A DNA stretch of 64,000 nt from an uncultured bacterium (GCA_965662845.1 CBFIJD010000010.1:6506-70505); one strand, 5' to 3'; shown: positions 27,951-40,700, numbered from the stretch's first letter. Notes: generated by a model not told the origin, from the sequence alone. Made by a program: numbers and translations.

Positions 27951-29003
27951 TTATTCTGGTGGGCTGACAAACGAATAGGCTCTCCCACTGTAAAAAAAGT
28001 AGGGATTGAGCGCAAGATTGCTCGCTAACTTCCGCAAGTGCCCAGCCTCCCCTGCGACATCCTTCTGACGTCGTACCGACCAGCGCCTCATCTCTGGATC
28101 GTACTGCAGCTCGTAAGCCCCAAAGTCCAACAGAGCCCGGCGCTCAGCAGCATTCCAGTAGAACGTATCCGCCGCAAACTCTCGCCGACGCTCTGTCCCC
28201 GTCACAACGATCTCTTCACCTCTCAACTCCAATTCATATTGAATCAATCGCGGCGGTGTCCAAGCGGTCGTAGACGTTTCAGCTAGGTCTGCGTCTACGT
28301 CCACAGGAATCGGCAGGAGCGGAGTCTCTGCGTCAGAGAGCTCTAAGCGACCCCGCACTCGAAGCGGCTGAATCTCGCGAAAATCAATGAACCGTTGGTA
28401 CTCGCGACGCTGCAATCCCGTTTCTGTCGAACGAACAAGCAGCAAACCAATCGACTGGATCGAGTAACTCGCGACGGCCTGTGGCTGCTGTCGATAGAGC
28501 AAATCCTCCACAAAAAAGAGGCCATTTTCACTTGAAATCGGGGCTGTGATGGTTTGGCCATTGGGTGAGTTGAGCAACACTTGCAGCTGCATTTCATCAG
28601 CGAGTCGGATGCTGCTCTGCAGCTGTTCAAACTCGAAGCGCACCTGGCCGCTCAGCAAAACACGCGACCATTTAAGTTCTTCGGTCGCGGCTTCTTCCCA
28701 ATCTGGAGCTTGCTGCCGAAGCGCCTGCAAACGGGCGTAGGCCTTGCGAAACTCGCCATCCGAGAGATAGCGCTGGTAGCGTTGAAAGTTGTCCTGCGCA
28801 ACCTGCTGATTCACACGCTGGAGCGCTTCTCGATATTCCACATTTTGGGGGTCACTCACCACTGCGCGCTGATATTCTACCGAAGCTTCTTCCCAGCGTT
28901 CTTCGGCTTCCAGCTTTCGCCCTTGGTCATAAGCATAGGAACACCCCAGCAGGGTCGTCGCGATGAGGCCGCCGGCCATCCATTGCCAAAATTTTCTTCG
29001 CAC
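27951..29003 (-). CDS. Putative lipoprotein with N-terminal TPR-like helices
   Basis: GTG start just after the guaB stop; signal peptide with lipobox LLGC; WEEASVEYQRAVVSDP. Confidence 0.75.
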   Translation of the reverse strand: MRRKFWQWMAGGLIATTLLGCSYAYDQGRKLEAEERWEEASVEYQRAVVSDPQNVEYREALQRVNQQVAQDNFQRYQRYLSDGEFRKAYARLQALRQQAPDWEEAATEELKWSRVLLSGQVRFEFEQLQSSIRLADEMQLQVLLNSPNGQTITAPISSENGLFFVEDLLYRQQPQAVASYSIQSIGLLLVRSTETGLQRREYQRFIDFREIQPLRVRGRLELSDAETPLLPIPVDVDADLAETSTTAWTPPRLIQYELELRGEEIVVTGTERRREFAADTFYWNAAERRALLDFGAYELQYDPEMRRWSVRRQKDVAGEAGHLRKLASNLALNPYFFYSGRAYSFVSPPE

Positions 29004-29004
29004 G

Positions 29005-30546
<1,542 letters not shown>

Positions 30547-30704
30547 TCAAGTTCGCACAACAACTAGGAGAAAACAACACGATTTTTTTCGCATTTCTGT
30601 TGTCTGAGCTGAGATTCTTGGTGAAAAGACTTGTCAAAATGCCCACAAATGGATATTCAATTCAGTTTTTTCATAATCCACCTCGCATTTTTGGAGTTTA
30701 GAAA

Positions 30705-30839
30705 ATGAAGCGCACGTTCCAGCCAAACAACCGTCGCCGCAAGATGAAGCACGGGTTTCGGGCACGCATGGCAACCAAAAGCGGCCGAGCCATCATCAAT
30801 CGGCGCCGTGCCAAAGGCCGCAAGCGACTGTCAGCTTAA
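30705..30839 (+). CDS. rpmH: 50S ribosomal protein L34
   Basis: Manual translation [44 protein letters not shown] (below the ORF-track size cut-off). Confidence 0.98.
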   Translation: MKRTFQPNNRRRKMKHGFRARMATKSGRAIINRRRAKGRKRLSA

Positions 30840-31198
30840 TGCTTGATCGGCGCTTTCCGAAGCAGCTACGTTTGCATCAGAAATCGGAGATCGCTGATCT
30901 GTTTCGCGATGGGCACTTTTGTGGTTTGGGTCTCGTCAGCATGAAATACCAGCCCTCGCCCGCCACACAGAGTCGCTTCCTTGTCGCCGTACGCAAAAAA
31001 GTCGGCTCAGCCCCGATCCGCAACCGCTTGAAGCGCCAACTGCGGGAAGCCATTCGGCATCAAAAGCACCGACTCCGCTCATCGTACGACATCTGCTTCA
31101 TGATCACGAAGCCACCACAGCGCCCTGTAGATTACGCCTACGTGGAGCGCACCGTACGACACGCTTTCCAGAAGCTTAACTCCCAGCCTCTCCCCTAA
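30839..31198 (+). CDS. rnpA: Ribonuclease P protein component
   Basis: KKVGSAPIRNRLKRQLRE (RNR motif); follows rpmH. Confidence 0.93.
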   Translation: MLDRRFPKQLRLHQKSEIADLFRDGHFCGLGLVSMKYQPSPATQSRFLVAVRKKVGSAPIRNRLKRQLREAIRHQKHRLRSSYDICFMITKPPQRPVDYAYVERTVRHAFQKLNSQPLP

Positions 31199-31204
31199 GT
31201 CCTC

Positions 31205-31519
31205 ATGCCACATTTCCCGCTTCTCGGCCGCCTGCTGCAACAGGTTTTGCGAGTTCTACAGCAGGGTTTATTGTGGATCATTCGTGGCTATCAATACTTT
31301 CTTTCGCCGCTGCTGCCGCGCTCTTGCCGTTTTTATCCCACTTGCTCTCATTACGCCGTCGAGGCCCTGCAGCGGCATGGTCTTTTCACTGGGGTATACT
31401 TGAGTGTGCGTCGCATTATACGCTGCCATCCGTTTCATCCTGGGGGATATGACCCCGTACCAGCGACGGCACCACGCCTGTTCTCGCTGACGTCCTCGAA
31501 TCAATCCAACACACGTTGA
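31205..31519 (+). CDS. yidD: Membrane protein insertion efficiency factor
   Basis: [32 protein letters not shown]. Confidence 0.95.
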   Translation: MPHFPLLGRLLQQVLRVLQQGLLWIIRGYQYFLSPLLPRSCRFYPTCSHYAVEALQRHGLFTGVYLSVRRIIRCHPFHPGGYDPVPATAPRLFSLTSSNQSNTR

Positions 31520-31531
31520 CAAACGCTACCT

Positions 31532-33238
31532 ATGGAAAAAAACACCTTTCTCGCGATTGGGCTCTCCATCGCCATCATGCTGGTTTGGTCTGTGCTCTTT
31601 CCTCCCCCCAAAGCCCCGCCACCAGCAGAAAATGTAGCTCAAGAAGAGACGTTACCAGACGAGGAGCAGGCCATTGTCGAAGGAACGACCCGCGCCGTCA
31701 CATCAGCGCTCGCGCCTGTGCAAAGCAACCAACCCTCCAAGTCCGTGCTGATTGAGACGCCCAAGTACCGCCTAACGCTCAATACTCGCGGGGGCATTGC
31801 CGAGAGCATGCTCCTCAAGGAATATCAGCACAACAAGCCCCGACTGACGCTCAGCACTTGGGTGCCTTACCTCACCCCCTTCCTCGGTGCTGCGAATGAT
31901 GAGGTCGTCACAGAAGACAATCTGGTCAACATGATGGCGAACGACCTGGAAGACATCCGTCACTTCTCCGTTGAATTTGAAGGGGAAGCTGCGCTGACAC
32001 AAGGCCTGGAACAGAGTGTGTTCTCTGTCTCTCAAGATGATCTACAGCTGCAGGAAGGCTCCGCCACTCTGCAGTTTGTCTCCCCGGTCGTAGATGGCGT
32101 GCAGCTCATCAAAACTTACGAATTTTATGCCGACTCTTTCTTGGTCGGTTACCGCGTACAAGTCATCAATCGACGCGAGGAAGTTCAGACCTTGCGTGTG
32201 CGACACATCTTTGGAGAGGGCCGCGTTCCCAATTCGGACTACCAGCAGCAGGGTGCCCACACCGGCCCCATCTACTACTTTGATGGCGAAGTAGAAACCG
32301 AAGACGCAGAAGACGTGCTGCAAGAATTTCAAATCGCCAATGTCGATTGGTTTGGCTTAGAAGACCAATACTTCATCAACGCCGTCGCCTCAGAGACTCC
32401 CATCAAGCTCGCGTACTTTCAGTCTCAAAACGCGTTCATTGACGGCGAGAATGTGCCTCGTGCCTACTTCGGCGCCCGCCTTCCGATTGTGAATTTACAG
32501 CCCAATCTGCAAATCGAGTCTCGCTTCCAAGCTTATTTTGGCCCCAAAGCAGACTCTGAGATGCTCACTTTCGGGCGAAACCTGACCGAGTCGCACAACA
32601 TGACACTCGGCGCGTTAGCCGAGCCGCTCTTGGCGCTGCTGCGCTGGCTCCATGGCCATGTTGGGAATTACGGGGTCGCGATTATCTTTCTCACGATCAT
32701 CGTGCGTCTATTGCTCTTTCCATTGACCTATAAGGGCATGAAAGGGATGAAGCGCATGCAGCAGCTCGCGCCCAAACTGAAAAAGCTGCAAGAGCGCCAC
32801 AAAGACAACAAGGAAAAGCTCAACCAAGAGATGATGGCCTTATATCGCAAGAACAAAGTCAACCCCGTCGGGGGCTGCCTCCCTCTGTTGCTCCAGATTC
32901 CGGTCTTTATCGCGCTTTACAGTGCGCTCTCTAGCGCCGTTGAGTTACGACACGCCCCCTTCATCTTCTGGTTAGACGATCTCTCTAGCCCCGACGGCCT
33001 CGGCATCACTCCCATTTTGATGGGTGTCAGTCTCTATTTTCAGCAGAAACTCACCCCCACCGCCGCCACGATGGATCCAATGCAAGTGAAGATCATGCAG
33101 TATCTCCCGCTCGTCTTTACGATTTTCACTTTTACTTTCCCCTCTGGGCTGACACTCTATTGGTTCACCAGCAACCTGCTCTCCATCGCACAGCAAAAGA
33201 TTCTCAACAGCATCAAAACTCCTGAGCTTCAGGACTAA
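31532..33238 (+). CDS. yidC: Membrane protein insertase YidC
   Basis: N-terminal TM, periplasmic domain, GNYGVAII..TIIVR, NPVGGCLP, PSGLTLYW. Confidence 0.97.
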   Translation: MEKNTFLAIGLSIAIMLVWSVLFPPPKAPPPAENVAQEETLPDEEQAIVEGTTRAVTSALAPVQSNQPSKSVLIETPKYRLTLNTRGGIAESMLLKEYQHNKPRLTLSTWVPYLTPFLGAANDEVVTEDNLVNMMANDLEDIRHFSVEFEGEAALTQGLEQSVFSVSQDDLQLQEGSATLQFVSPVVDGVQLIKTYEFYADSFLVGYRVQVINRREEVQTLRVRHIFGEGRVPNSDYQQQGAHTGPIYYFDGEVETEDAEDVLQEFQIANVDWFGLEDQYFINAVASETPIKLAYFQSQNAFIDGENVPRAYFGARLPIVNLQPNLQIESRFQAYFGPKADSEMLTFGRNLTESHNMTLGALAEPLLALLRWLHGHVGNYGVAIIFLTIIVRLLLFPLTYKGMKGMKRMQQLAPKLKKLQERHKDNKEKLNQEMMALYRKNKVNPVGGCLPLLLQIPVFIALYSALSSAVELRHAPFIFWLDDLSSPDGLGITPILMGVSLYFQQKLTPTAATMDPMQVKIMQYLPLVFTIFTFTFPSGLTLYWFTSNLLSIAQQKILNSIKTPELQD

Positions 33239-33252
33239 CCTCCCCCGCCCTT

Positions 33253-34941
33253 ATGGTGCAATTTCTCGCTCCGCTGTGGCTGCTGGCTCTCCCCGCAGTC
33301 GCGCTGCCTTGGCTTTGGCCGATGCTTCGGCCAATCGCCCGCCGCCCTTTGCCCTTCGCCGCTTTCTTCCTGCTGCCCCCAGAACGCCTGCGACGTCAGC
33401 TGCGATTTTCTCGTGACGATTTTTGGCTCAAAGTCCTGCGTTCGCTGCTGGTTTTGCTGCTGATTTTGCTGCTGGCTCGCCCTTTCTGGCTAGAAGAACA
33501 GCCCCCCACAGAGATCTGGCTCATCGACGACACCGCTAGCGCATTCACGGCCCAGCTGCCCCGCAACGTTGCGCCTGTCGGAGCGACAGTCCTCACGTTT
33601 TCGGAACTTTTCGCAGAACCTGACCAAGCGCCGCAAGAGACGCAATTCACCGCAGATTATTTTGCAGGGACCCCCAATCTAGGAGAGCTGGGCCAAGCCG
33701 TGCTGCGGCGCTTTCAAAACGAGGAGAAGGATGCCCGCTTTGTAGTCCATCTGGTCTCGGAATTTCAGCGTTCTCAATTCTGGCCTTATGCTCCGGTCGC
33801 CGCTCCGATTCGGTGGGAATTTTATCGTCCTGACAACATCCAGACGTTGGAGAACTTGGCGCTGCGCGACGTAGAGATTCAGACAGAAGGAAAATTGCAG
33901 GCCATGCTCCACTTCGTGCTGTTTGGTGATCTGCCCAGCACGAATGTTCGTGTACGCGTGACACAGGCAGAGAACCTCTTGTTGGATCAAGCGCTGGTAT
34001 GGGATGGCGCATCCCAGCCCTATCACTTGCCGCTCAATAAGAGCTATCGCCACCACGCGCCCTTGAAAATTGTCATTGAGCCCCAGCTCACAGACGCCGC
34101 CTTTGACAACATGTACTATTACCAATCTGGGCAATTGGAAGATGTGCGCGTCGGGATCATCAGCACCGAAGGCTCCTCTGCAATTTATCGCTATGGCCTC
34201 CACCCGCTCAAATCAGGGCTCAACGCAAACGGCTTCTATTCTACGCTGGTCAGCGCCAACGCGGCGATCACCGAAATTGATCCTGACCTGCTGATCTTGC
34301 TCGCGGACGATCCCGAGCGCTTCCGCCCTGCCGAGCCGACCACACCGCCTCGGCTCTTCATCCCCACCCGTCTGGCGGATTGGGAGGCCCTACGCAGCGA
34401 CAACACGTCTGCGTTTCCCGCCACCCAAACCGTACTAAACTGGTCTACCGCCTCGTTCGCGACCGCATGGCAAGTGCAACCTAACATACCAGGGTTACAC
34501 TATGCCCAAACGCCCAACCTGTGGCTACTCGACACGGGGCTCTCCAACGAGTGGGGCCCGCTCTATCAGCAGCAAGATTTCGTAGACCGCCTGCGCCATT
34601 GGACAGAGCATTTGCTACAGACTCACCAAGTGCAACACCTAGGCACCGAGAGTTCCAACGCGCAAAACGGCTGGTTGCAGCCAGGGCACTATCAGCAAAC
34701 GAACAATGATCGCGAGACGCAATATTCTATCAATCTCTCGATCCGCGAGAGTCTGTCGCCTCGGCTCACCGATGCCGAGCTCGCCCAAATGCAAGACTTC
34801 TTCGATCAACAACAAAACGCACGCACGCAAGAACAAAGCGCCGGAGACACCTTACAAGACTGGCTGCGGTGGGCGCTCTTGGGCTTGCTACTCATCGAGT
34901 TGTTGTGGATGCTGCAACGCACACGTTACGCCGCCCCCTAA
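33253..34941 (+). CDS. BatA N-terminal domain membrane protein
   Basis: FLAPLWLLAL...P...F...LRSLLVLLLILLLARP double-TM N-terminus, IDDTAS (vWA-like), C-terminal TM. Confidence 0.7.
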   Translation: MVQFLAPLWLLALPAVALPWLWPMLRPIARRPLPFAAFFLLPPERLRRQLRFSRDDFWLKVLRSLLVLLLILLLARPFWLEEQPPTEIWLIDDTASAFTAQLPRNVAPVGATVLTFSELFAEPDQAPQETQFTADYFAGTPNLGELGQAVLRRFQNEEKDARFVVHLVSEFQRSQFWPYAPVAAPIRWEFYRPDNIQTLENLALRDVEIQTEGKLQAMLHFVLFGDLPSTNVRVRVTQAENLLLDQALVWDGASQPYHLPLNKSYRHHAPLKIVIEPQLTDAAFDNMYYYQSGQLEDVRVGIISTEGSSAIYRYGLHPLKSGLNANGFYSTLVSANAAITEIDPDLLILLADDPERFRPAEPTTPPRLFIPTRLADWEALRSDNTSAFPATQTVLNWSTASFATAWQVQPNIPGLHYAQTPNLWLLDTGLSNEWGPLYQQQDFVDRLRHWTEHLLQTHQVQHLGTESSNAQNGWLQPGHYQQTNNDRETQYSINLSIRESLSPRLTDAELAQMQDFFDQQQNARTQEQSAGDTLQDWLRWALLGLLLIELLWMLQRTRYAAP

Positions 34942-34963
34942 AACCTTGTCCCTCTGCTGCGCT

Positions 34964-36046
34964 ATGTCTCCTCTCTCTCGCCTGCTTGTCACCCTGCTAC
35001 TGGCGCTGCCGCTTCCCCTCTCTGCGCAAACACAAGTCACCGTCCACAAACTTGAGACCTTTACTCTCCAAAAAACGCTCTCTCTTGTGGGCACGATTGC
35101 CCCCAAACTCGAGCTCCGCATTCAGAGCAAACGGGGCGGGCGCGTTCAGGAAATTCATGTCCGTGAGAACGAACAGGTCAACGCGCAGGCTCTGTTGCTG
35201 ACGCTCGAACACGAAGAGATGCGCCTGCAAACAGAACGAGCAGAAATTCAACAGGCCTTGCGACAAAATGCTTGGCGCGACTCCAAAGAAGCCCTCAACG
35301 ACGCCCAGCGACGCTTGCGACAAGAAGAACAGCTCTTTGAACGTGGGACAACGACCCGCAGCCAATATGATGCGTTTCAATTGCAGGCAACCCGCGCGGC
35401 GCTTGCCGTAGAGTCCGCTCGCTTAAACATGGAATTGGCCGACAAAGAAGCCGCGCTGCAGCGGCAGCAGCTCGAAGATTTTTTTGTGAACAGTCCCGCT
35501 GCTGGCAGAATTGTGGAGCGCCTTGTCGAGGTTGGGGACGTCATCAGCGCGGGGAGCCCGCTCTTTCATTTGATGCAGCTGGACGAGGTCGAGATTCAGG
35601 TCGGTGTGCCCGAAGAAGAGATTCCTACCCTTCGCGCTGGGCAGAAGATCTCGTTTCAGACGGCAGGGTTTCCGGGAGAAGAGTTTGCGGGGAAGGTCTT
35701 GCGGATTGGCTGGAGCGCCGACCCACAAACGCGCCGATTTCCGGTCACGTTGCTCGCGCCAAATCCGAATCGTAAGTTGCGCGCAGGCATGACAGCACAA
35801 GTCGAGATCCCTCTCCAAATCCAAGGCCTGATCCGCGCTCCCTCCAACGCCATTCGCTATGACAACAATCAAGCGTTTGTGCTCTTAGTTCAGGGGCAAC
35901 AACTGGAGCGGCGGAATATAACGGTCGGCGGGACGTACCAAGGACAGATGCTGATTTACGGAGGAGGCATCGGAGCCGGTGATTTGATCGTCAACTCTCG
36001 GGAACGACTAACCACCGGAATGAAAGTAAACGTGCTCAATCCCTGA
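34964..36046 (+). CDS. RND efflux periplasmic adaptor (membrane fusion protein)
   Basis: Signal peptide from ATG 34964; GRVQEIHVRENEQV, SPAAGRI..VEVGD, DPQTRRF, LRAGM. Confidence 0.88.
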   Translation: MSPLSRLLVTLLLALPLPLSAQTQVTVHKLETFTLQKTLSLVGTIAPKLELRIQSKRGGRVQEIHVRENEQVNAQALLLTLEHEEMRLQTERAEIQQALRQNAWRDSKEALNDAQRRLRQEEQLFERGTTTRSQYDAFQLQATRAALAVESARLNMELADKEAALQRQQLEDFFVNSPAAGRIVERLVEVGDVISAGSPLFHLMQLDEVEIQVGVPEEEIPTLRAGQKISFQTAGFPGEEFAGKVLRIGWSADPQTRRFPVTLLAPNPNRKLRAGMTAQVEIPLQIQGLIRAPSNAIRYDNNQAFVLLVQGQQLERRNITVGGTYQGQMLIYGGGIGAGDLIVNSRERLTTGMKVNVLNP

Positions 36047-38518
36047 TTAGCTGGGCATAATCGTGCTGATGATCTTTTGCTCCTCAAACGGCAGCAGGAA
36101 CATATCTTCCAAATCTCGCAGAACTTCTGCCGGCACACAGTTGCTCAAGGAGTCGAACGATTTGCGTCCTAGCATCGCGTTGATAAATCGCTCCAAAAAT
36201 CCCTTCGCCGTCACAAACGTGTCATAGGCCAGTCGGATGTGTCGCTCGTGACCACGCGTCATAAAATCGCCCTTTGCGCCATCATAATCGAGCGGGTTCC
36301 CCTGCTCGTTGAACATGCCATAAGCCAGCACTTTCGCTTTCACAATCGCGCGGAGGACCTCCCACAGCGTCTCGGCCTCGCCCATTTCTTCGAGCAAAAT
36401 CAGCAACTCACCTTCGGGCTCTTCAGGGTCATAGTCTCTCCCCACATGCTCTATGTAGTTATTGAAGGCTTCCGCTTTGGTGAGCACTTCTTCAATTTGC
36501 TTCGCTTGCGACGACTTCATGAGCGATAGATTCTCCATCAGCAATCGCATTTGTGTAGCTTCAAAAGGATCATGCTCCGAGGTCTCGACCTCATGGCGAC
36601 TGCGGAAGTGGCTTCCCACTTTGCGGGCAGTGCGCATCGCGTCTCGGCTGCGCTTAGAAGAGTCACTTCTCGCGGGCGCATCTTGGAGGAAGCGCGCTGC
36701 GCTGCCGGCTTCGACTTGAATCGGTTCCCCCAGATCGGACTTATCCAGATGGTATTTGTCATTTTCTTGAGCTAAGTGAAGCCCTGCGCTCGCCAGCCGC
36801 AGTCGTACCGGCTCAAGAATCGCGTCCAGTTCGGTGTGAAACCGCTGCGTCTGCTCCAGCTGATCCATGAGCAGCCGATCTAGCATCCACACGATGTTGC
36901 GCCCGCCCTCCCAGCTTTCATGAATGCGTTGCTCCATCACTCCGGCCTGCGCAGCAAAGAGACGCTGCATTTCTTTCACTTCTGTCGTCACGTTGCTCTG
37001 CGCAGAACCAAACCCCTTCGGAAATAAGGCGCTGGTCTGTCGCAGGTAATTCACGATTGACAGAAACAAGCTGAAGACGTTTCCAAAGGCAAACGACGCT
37101 TCCGAGAGCGCTCCCCGCTCTTGGTAGGTTCGATCCAGCAGAGCGTAAAGCTCAAGCGAAGGGATCTCTTGCGTCTGATTCAGTCGCTCCATCGTCGCGT
37201 TCAGTTTTCGGGCATAGGACGCCATTTCGTCGCGCCCATCTCGCAGTAAGCGCAACGCGCTCACCAAACCTTCTTCAATCGAAGGGTGCAGAATGCGCTT
37301 GCCTTCGATTTCATTTTGGAGTTGCCACGTGACCTTTTCTTGTGATTTTGCGACACTATCGCCCCTCTCGAGCAGGTTGCTGATGGCGCTCAGCGCTTTG
37401 AGCAGAAACTCCTGCTGCATGCGTCGGGGATTGGCGTTGTCATAGATTTTTCCAAACGCGATCGAGAGATTGAACAGAATGCTCTGGACTTGTTGCAGCG
37501 TCTGGCCAACGGTGCTGAGGCTCGTTGTGATCAGGTGAATGTACTTCATGTCTGTGATGCACTGCTGTCGAAACCGAGCGAGGAGATCGGCGCTTTGCTG
37601 CGGATTTTTCTGGATAGCTTGTTGCAGCCCCTTCAATCTCGCGTCCACCAACCGGTATGGCTCCAGCGGGACGTACAGATCGTACAGCTTCAGCGTGAAA
37701 TCTTGTTGCAGCTGCTGCAACTCTGACCGCTGCTGTTCGGGCATATCTTTCATCTGCAATGAGAGCTGCTGGATGTGCCGCTGCACATTGTCCAGGTGTT
37801 GATAAAGCTGCGGCAAATTGTGCTTAGCGAGAGCCGGTTTGGCTTGCTTGAGATAAGCCCACAACACCTGCTCTTGCAGCATATTGATTTTTTGCACTCC
37901 GCTGAAAAAGTGGTAAATCAGTTGCAACTCGGCGACGGTCAGCCGCTGTGTCACGTCCTGTAACTTGGCCTCGTTCAAGAGTTTTTGCGCGATGGGCTCT
38001 AGCTGTTGAATTTGTTGCTGAACGAACTGTGCTTGCTCTGCGGAGGGACGCACCGGATCTGAAATCTCTGGCCATCGTTGCTCCTGTACCAAGAAATCAC
38101 GCATCCGTGTCACAGATCTCCAAGAAGCCTCTATGGCGTCGGTCAACCGCAGTCCACGCGGCTCAATTTGGTAAAACCCATAATCTAGACAGAAGTGAAC
38201 ACAGTGGCACAAATGCACCACACGCTCGCTCATTGTAATGAATAATGTCGCCTGCCGTTGGAAAATCTCAAAAGATCGACATTTGTGTTGCAAATCAGAA
38301 TTTAATTGATTGATTTCTTGCAGCGTGGCTAAAATATTTTCTTGATCTTCTTGGCGAATAAACCAGAGGTTCTCTTTTGTGAAAACAGCCCGAATAAATT
38401 GCTGAATTTCTTGGGTTTCCTGCTGAGAGCGCTGAACATGCGGCACTTTGCTAGTGCGCTGTGTCTTGATTGTAGATTGTTTACTACGGATGCGATCCGC
38501 CACCTGATTTTTGGACAA
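36047..38518 (-). CDS. Large hypothetical alpha-helical protein
   Basis: 823-aa ORF, Q/L/E-rich, GAGG RBS with TTG start; no recognised motif. Confidence 0.8.
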   Translation of the reverse strand: MSKNQVADRIRSKQSTIKTQRTSKVPHVQRSQQETQEIQQFIRAVFTKENLWFIRQEDQENILATLQEINQLNSDLQHKCRSFEIFQRQATLFITMSERVVHLCHCVHFCLDYGFYQIEPRGLRLTDAIEASWRSVTRMRDFLVQEQRWPEISDPVRPSAEQAQFVQQQIQQLEPIAQKLLNEAKLQDVTQRLTVAELQLIYHFFSGVQKINMLQEQVLWAYLKQAKPALAKHNLPQLYQHLDNVQRHIQQLSLQMKDMPEQQRSELQQLQQDFTLKLYDLYVPLEPYRLVDARLKGLQQAIQKNPQQSADLLARFRQQCITDMKYIHLITTSLSTVGQTLQQVQSILFNLSIAFGKIYDNANPRRMQQEFLLKALSAISNLLERGDSVAKSQEKVTWQLQNEIEGKRILHPSIEEGLVSALRLLRDGRDEMASYARKLNATMERLNQTQEIPSLELYALLDRTYQERGALSEASFAFGNVFSLFLSIVNYLRQTSALFPKGFGSAQSNVTTEVKEMQRLFAAQAGVMEQRIHESWEGGRNIVWMLDRLLMDQLEQTQRFHTELDAILEPVRLRLASAGLHLAQENDKYHLDKSDLGEPIQVEAGSAARFLQDAPARSDSSKRSRDAMRTARKVGSHFRSRHEVETSEHDPFEATQMRLLMENLSLMKSSQAKQIEEVLTKAEAFNNYIEHVGRDYDPEEPEGELLILLEEMGEAETLWEVLRAIVKAKVLAYGMFNEQGNPLDYDGAKGDFMTRGHERHIRLAYDTFVTAKGFLERFINAMLGRKSFDSLSNCVPAEVLRDLEDMFLLPFEEQKIISTIMPS

Positions 38519-38642
38519 GATGCCTCTGCTAATAAGAAAAGGTTAATCCGAAAATATAAGAATATTCTCTCATAAGAAACTGCGTCTCTATGGCATACAC
38601 AAGAGCGCAGCCTATCCTGCAATACATTGAAGCTAGATCATT

Positions 38643-40568
38643 ATGAAAACCCAACAAAAGCTGCTTGACGCTATCGCAAAGCCTCACGACATTCAATCCC
38701 TCAACACGGAAGAGCTAGAGCAGCTCGCCAACGACTGTCGAGAACGCATCATTGAGGTCACAAGCAAGCGTGGTGGGCACTTGGCCTCTTCGTTAGGAGC
38801 CGTAGAGATCGCGGTGTCTCTCTTCAAAGTTTTTGATTTTCGAAGAGATCGCGTGGTCTGGGATGTCGGTCATCAGGCGTATGCGCACAAGCTACTCACA
38901 GGGCGCAACGCACAGTTTGAATCGCTGGCTCAGCGCGGGGGCATCAAAAAATTCCTCAGCCGTGATGAAAGTAATTACGATCATTTTGGCGCCGGGCACG
39001 CTTCCACCTCAGTCTCTGCAGCTTTGGGAATGGCGATCAGCCGCGATCTGCAAAATCAGGCGCACTACGTAATCTCTGTCATCGGAGATGGCGCGATGAC
39101 CGGCGGGCTGGCGTTTGAAGCGCTCAATCACAACGGATATGCCGAGAAAGACATGATCGTGATTGTCAACGACAACGGGATGAGTATCGACCCGAATGTC
39201 GGCGCGCTCTCTCGTGTGATCACCCGCGTGATCTCCTCTCCTTCTTACAATTGGCTGCGCGAAGAGTCCCGCGAACTGACGGCCCGTATGCCCTTCTCCA
39301 ACTCCCTGCAATACGCCCTGCAAAAAATTAACGCTTCCCTGAAAACCTTCCTCACGCCGGGCATGCTCTTCGAGCAGTTGGGATGGCGTTACTTCGGCCC
39401 CATCGACGGCCATGACATCAGCAATTTGGTGGAGCTTCTCACCCACGTGAAAGACTTAGAGGGGCCGATCGTGATTCATGCCCTCACGCACAAAGGCAAA
39501 GGCTATCCATACGCGGAAGATGACGCCTTCACCTATCACGGAGTCAGCCCATTTGAGCCCCAAACCGGACAGTTCGTGAAGAAAAAGCCCGCCGCAGCCC
39601 AGAAAAGCTACTCGAAAGTTTTCGGCGAAAAGCTCGGCGAGCTCATGGACGCTGACCAGCAAGTCGTCGCTCTAAGCGCTGCCATGATGAGTGGGACGGG
39701 AGTGATTGGCCTCCATGAGAAATACCCCGAGCGTGTGTTAGACGTCGGGATTGCAGAGGGGCATGCTGTCACCTGCGCTGCTGGAATGGCCGCAGCCGGA
39801 AGCGCCCCGTTTGTCGCGATCTACTCCACCTTTCTCCAGCGAGCGGTCGACCACATCATCCACGACGTCGCGATTCAAAACTTGCCGGTTCGCTTCATGC
39901 TCGACCGCGCTGGACTGGTCGGCGCAGACGGCCCGACTCACCACGGCTGTTTTGACCTGACCTACCTGCGTATGATTCCAAACATGGTCGTCATGGCACC
40001 CGCCCACGGCGGAGAATTGCGCCAGATGGTGCAGTTTGCCTACCAACACGACCAGGGCCCCACCGCTGTGCGCTACCCGCGTGGCAACACGGCAATCTGG
40101 GACGAAACCGCAGCCCCCCCTCTTCAACTCGGCAAGGCTCATGTGCTTCAAGAGGGGCATGACCTCGCAATCTTCGCTGTGGGAGTCATGGTCGAAACCG
40201 CAGAAGCCGTCGCTAAGCTGCTCAGTGAGCAAGCGATCTCCGCTGCGGTCATCAACGCCCGCTTTGTCAAACCCCTGGACACCGAGGTCCTCGAACATTT
40301 TGCCCAACAGACCTCACTGATCGTCACCTTGGAAGAGAACGTGATCATGGGTGGATTTGGCGCAGGCATTCTGGAGCACCTGCAACAGAACGGGATTTAT
40401 ACTCCGGTCTTGCCACTCGGGCTCCCCGATCGCTACCTAGCGCAAGGCACTCCCGATCAGCAACGCGAGGATGCCGGCCTAAGCGTCACCCAAGTGCTCT
40501 TCTCGATCACAGAGCGGCTACGCCTTCTGCGCGAAGCGACGCCAAAGCGAGTCCAACGCGCCTCGTAA
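38643..40568 (+). CDS. dxs: 1-deoxy-D-xylulose-5-phosphate synthase
   Basis: GGHLASSLG, WDVGHQAY, GDGAMTGG, DVGIAE, DRAGLVGADGPTH. Confidence 0.98.
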   Translation: MKTQQKLLDAIAKPHDIQSLNTEELEQLANDCRERIIEVTSKRGGHLASSLGAVEIAVSLFKVFDFRRDRVVWDVGHQAYAHKLLTGRNAQFESLAQRGGIKKFLSRDESNYDHFGAGHASTSVSAALGMAISRDLQNQAHYVISVIGDGAMTGGLAFEALNHNGYAEKDMIVIVNDNGMSIDPNVGALSRVITRVISSPSYNWLREESRELTARMPFSNSLQYALQKINASLKTFLTPGMLFEQLGWRYFGPIDGHDISNLVELLTHVKDLEGPIVIHALTHKGKGYPYAEDDAFTYHGVSPFEPQTGQFVKKKPAAAQKSYSKVFGEKLGELMDADQQVVALSAAMMSGTGVIGLHEKYPERVLDVGIAEGHAVTCAAGMAAAGSAPFVAIYSTFLQRAVDHIIHDVAIQNLPVRFMLDRAGLVGADGPTHHGCFDLTYLRMIPNMVVMAPAHGGELRQMVQFAYQHDQGPTAVRYPRGNTAIWDETAAPPLQLGKAHVLQEGHDLAIFAVGVMVETAEAVAKLLSEQAISAAVINARFVKPLDTEVLEHFAQQTSLIVTLEENVIMGGFGAGILEHLQQNGIYTPVLPLGLPDRYLAQGTPDQQREDAGLSVTQVLFSITERLRLLREATPKRVQRAS

Positions 40569-40700
40569 CGTTCGACATTGAGGGGACAACTAAATTTTTA
40601 CGAAAATTTAGTATGCTTGTTGCAAGACGCATGACTCCTGATCCGCATCCGTTCTTGGACGCATCAAGACATCGTCATGGATCGACACCGAAACACTCAT

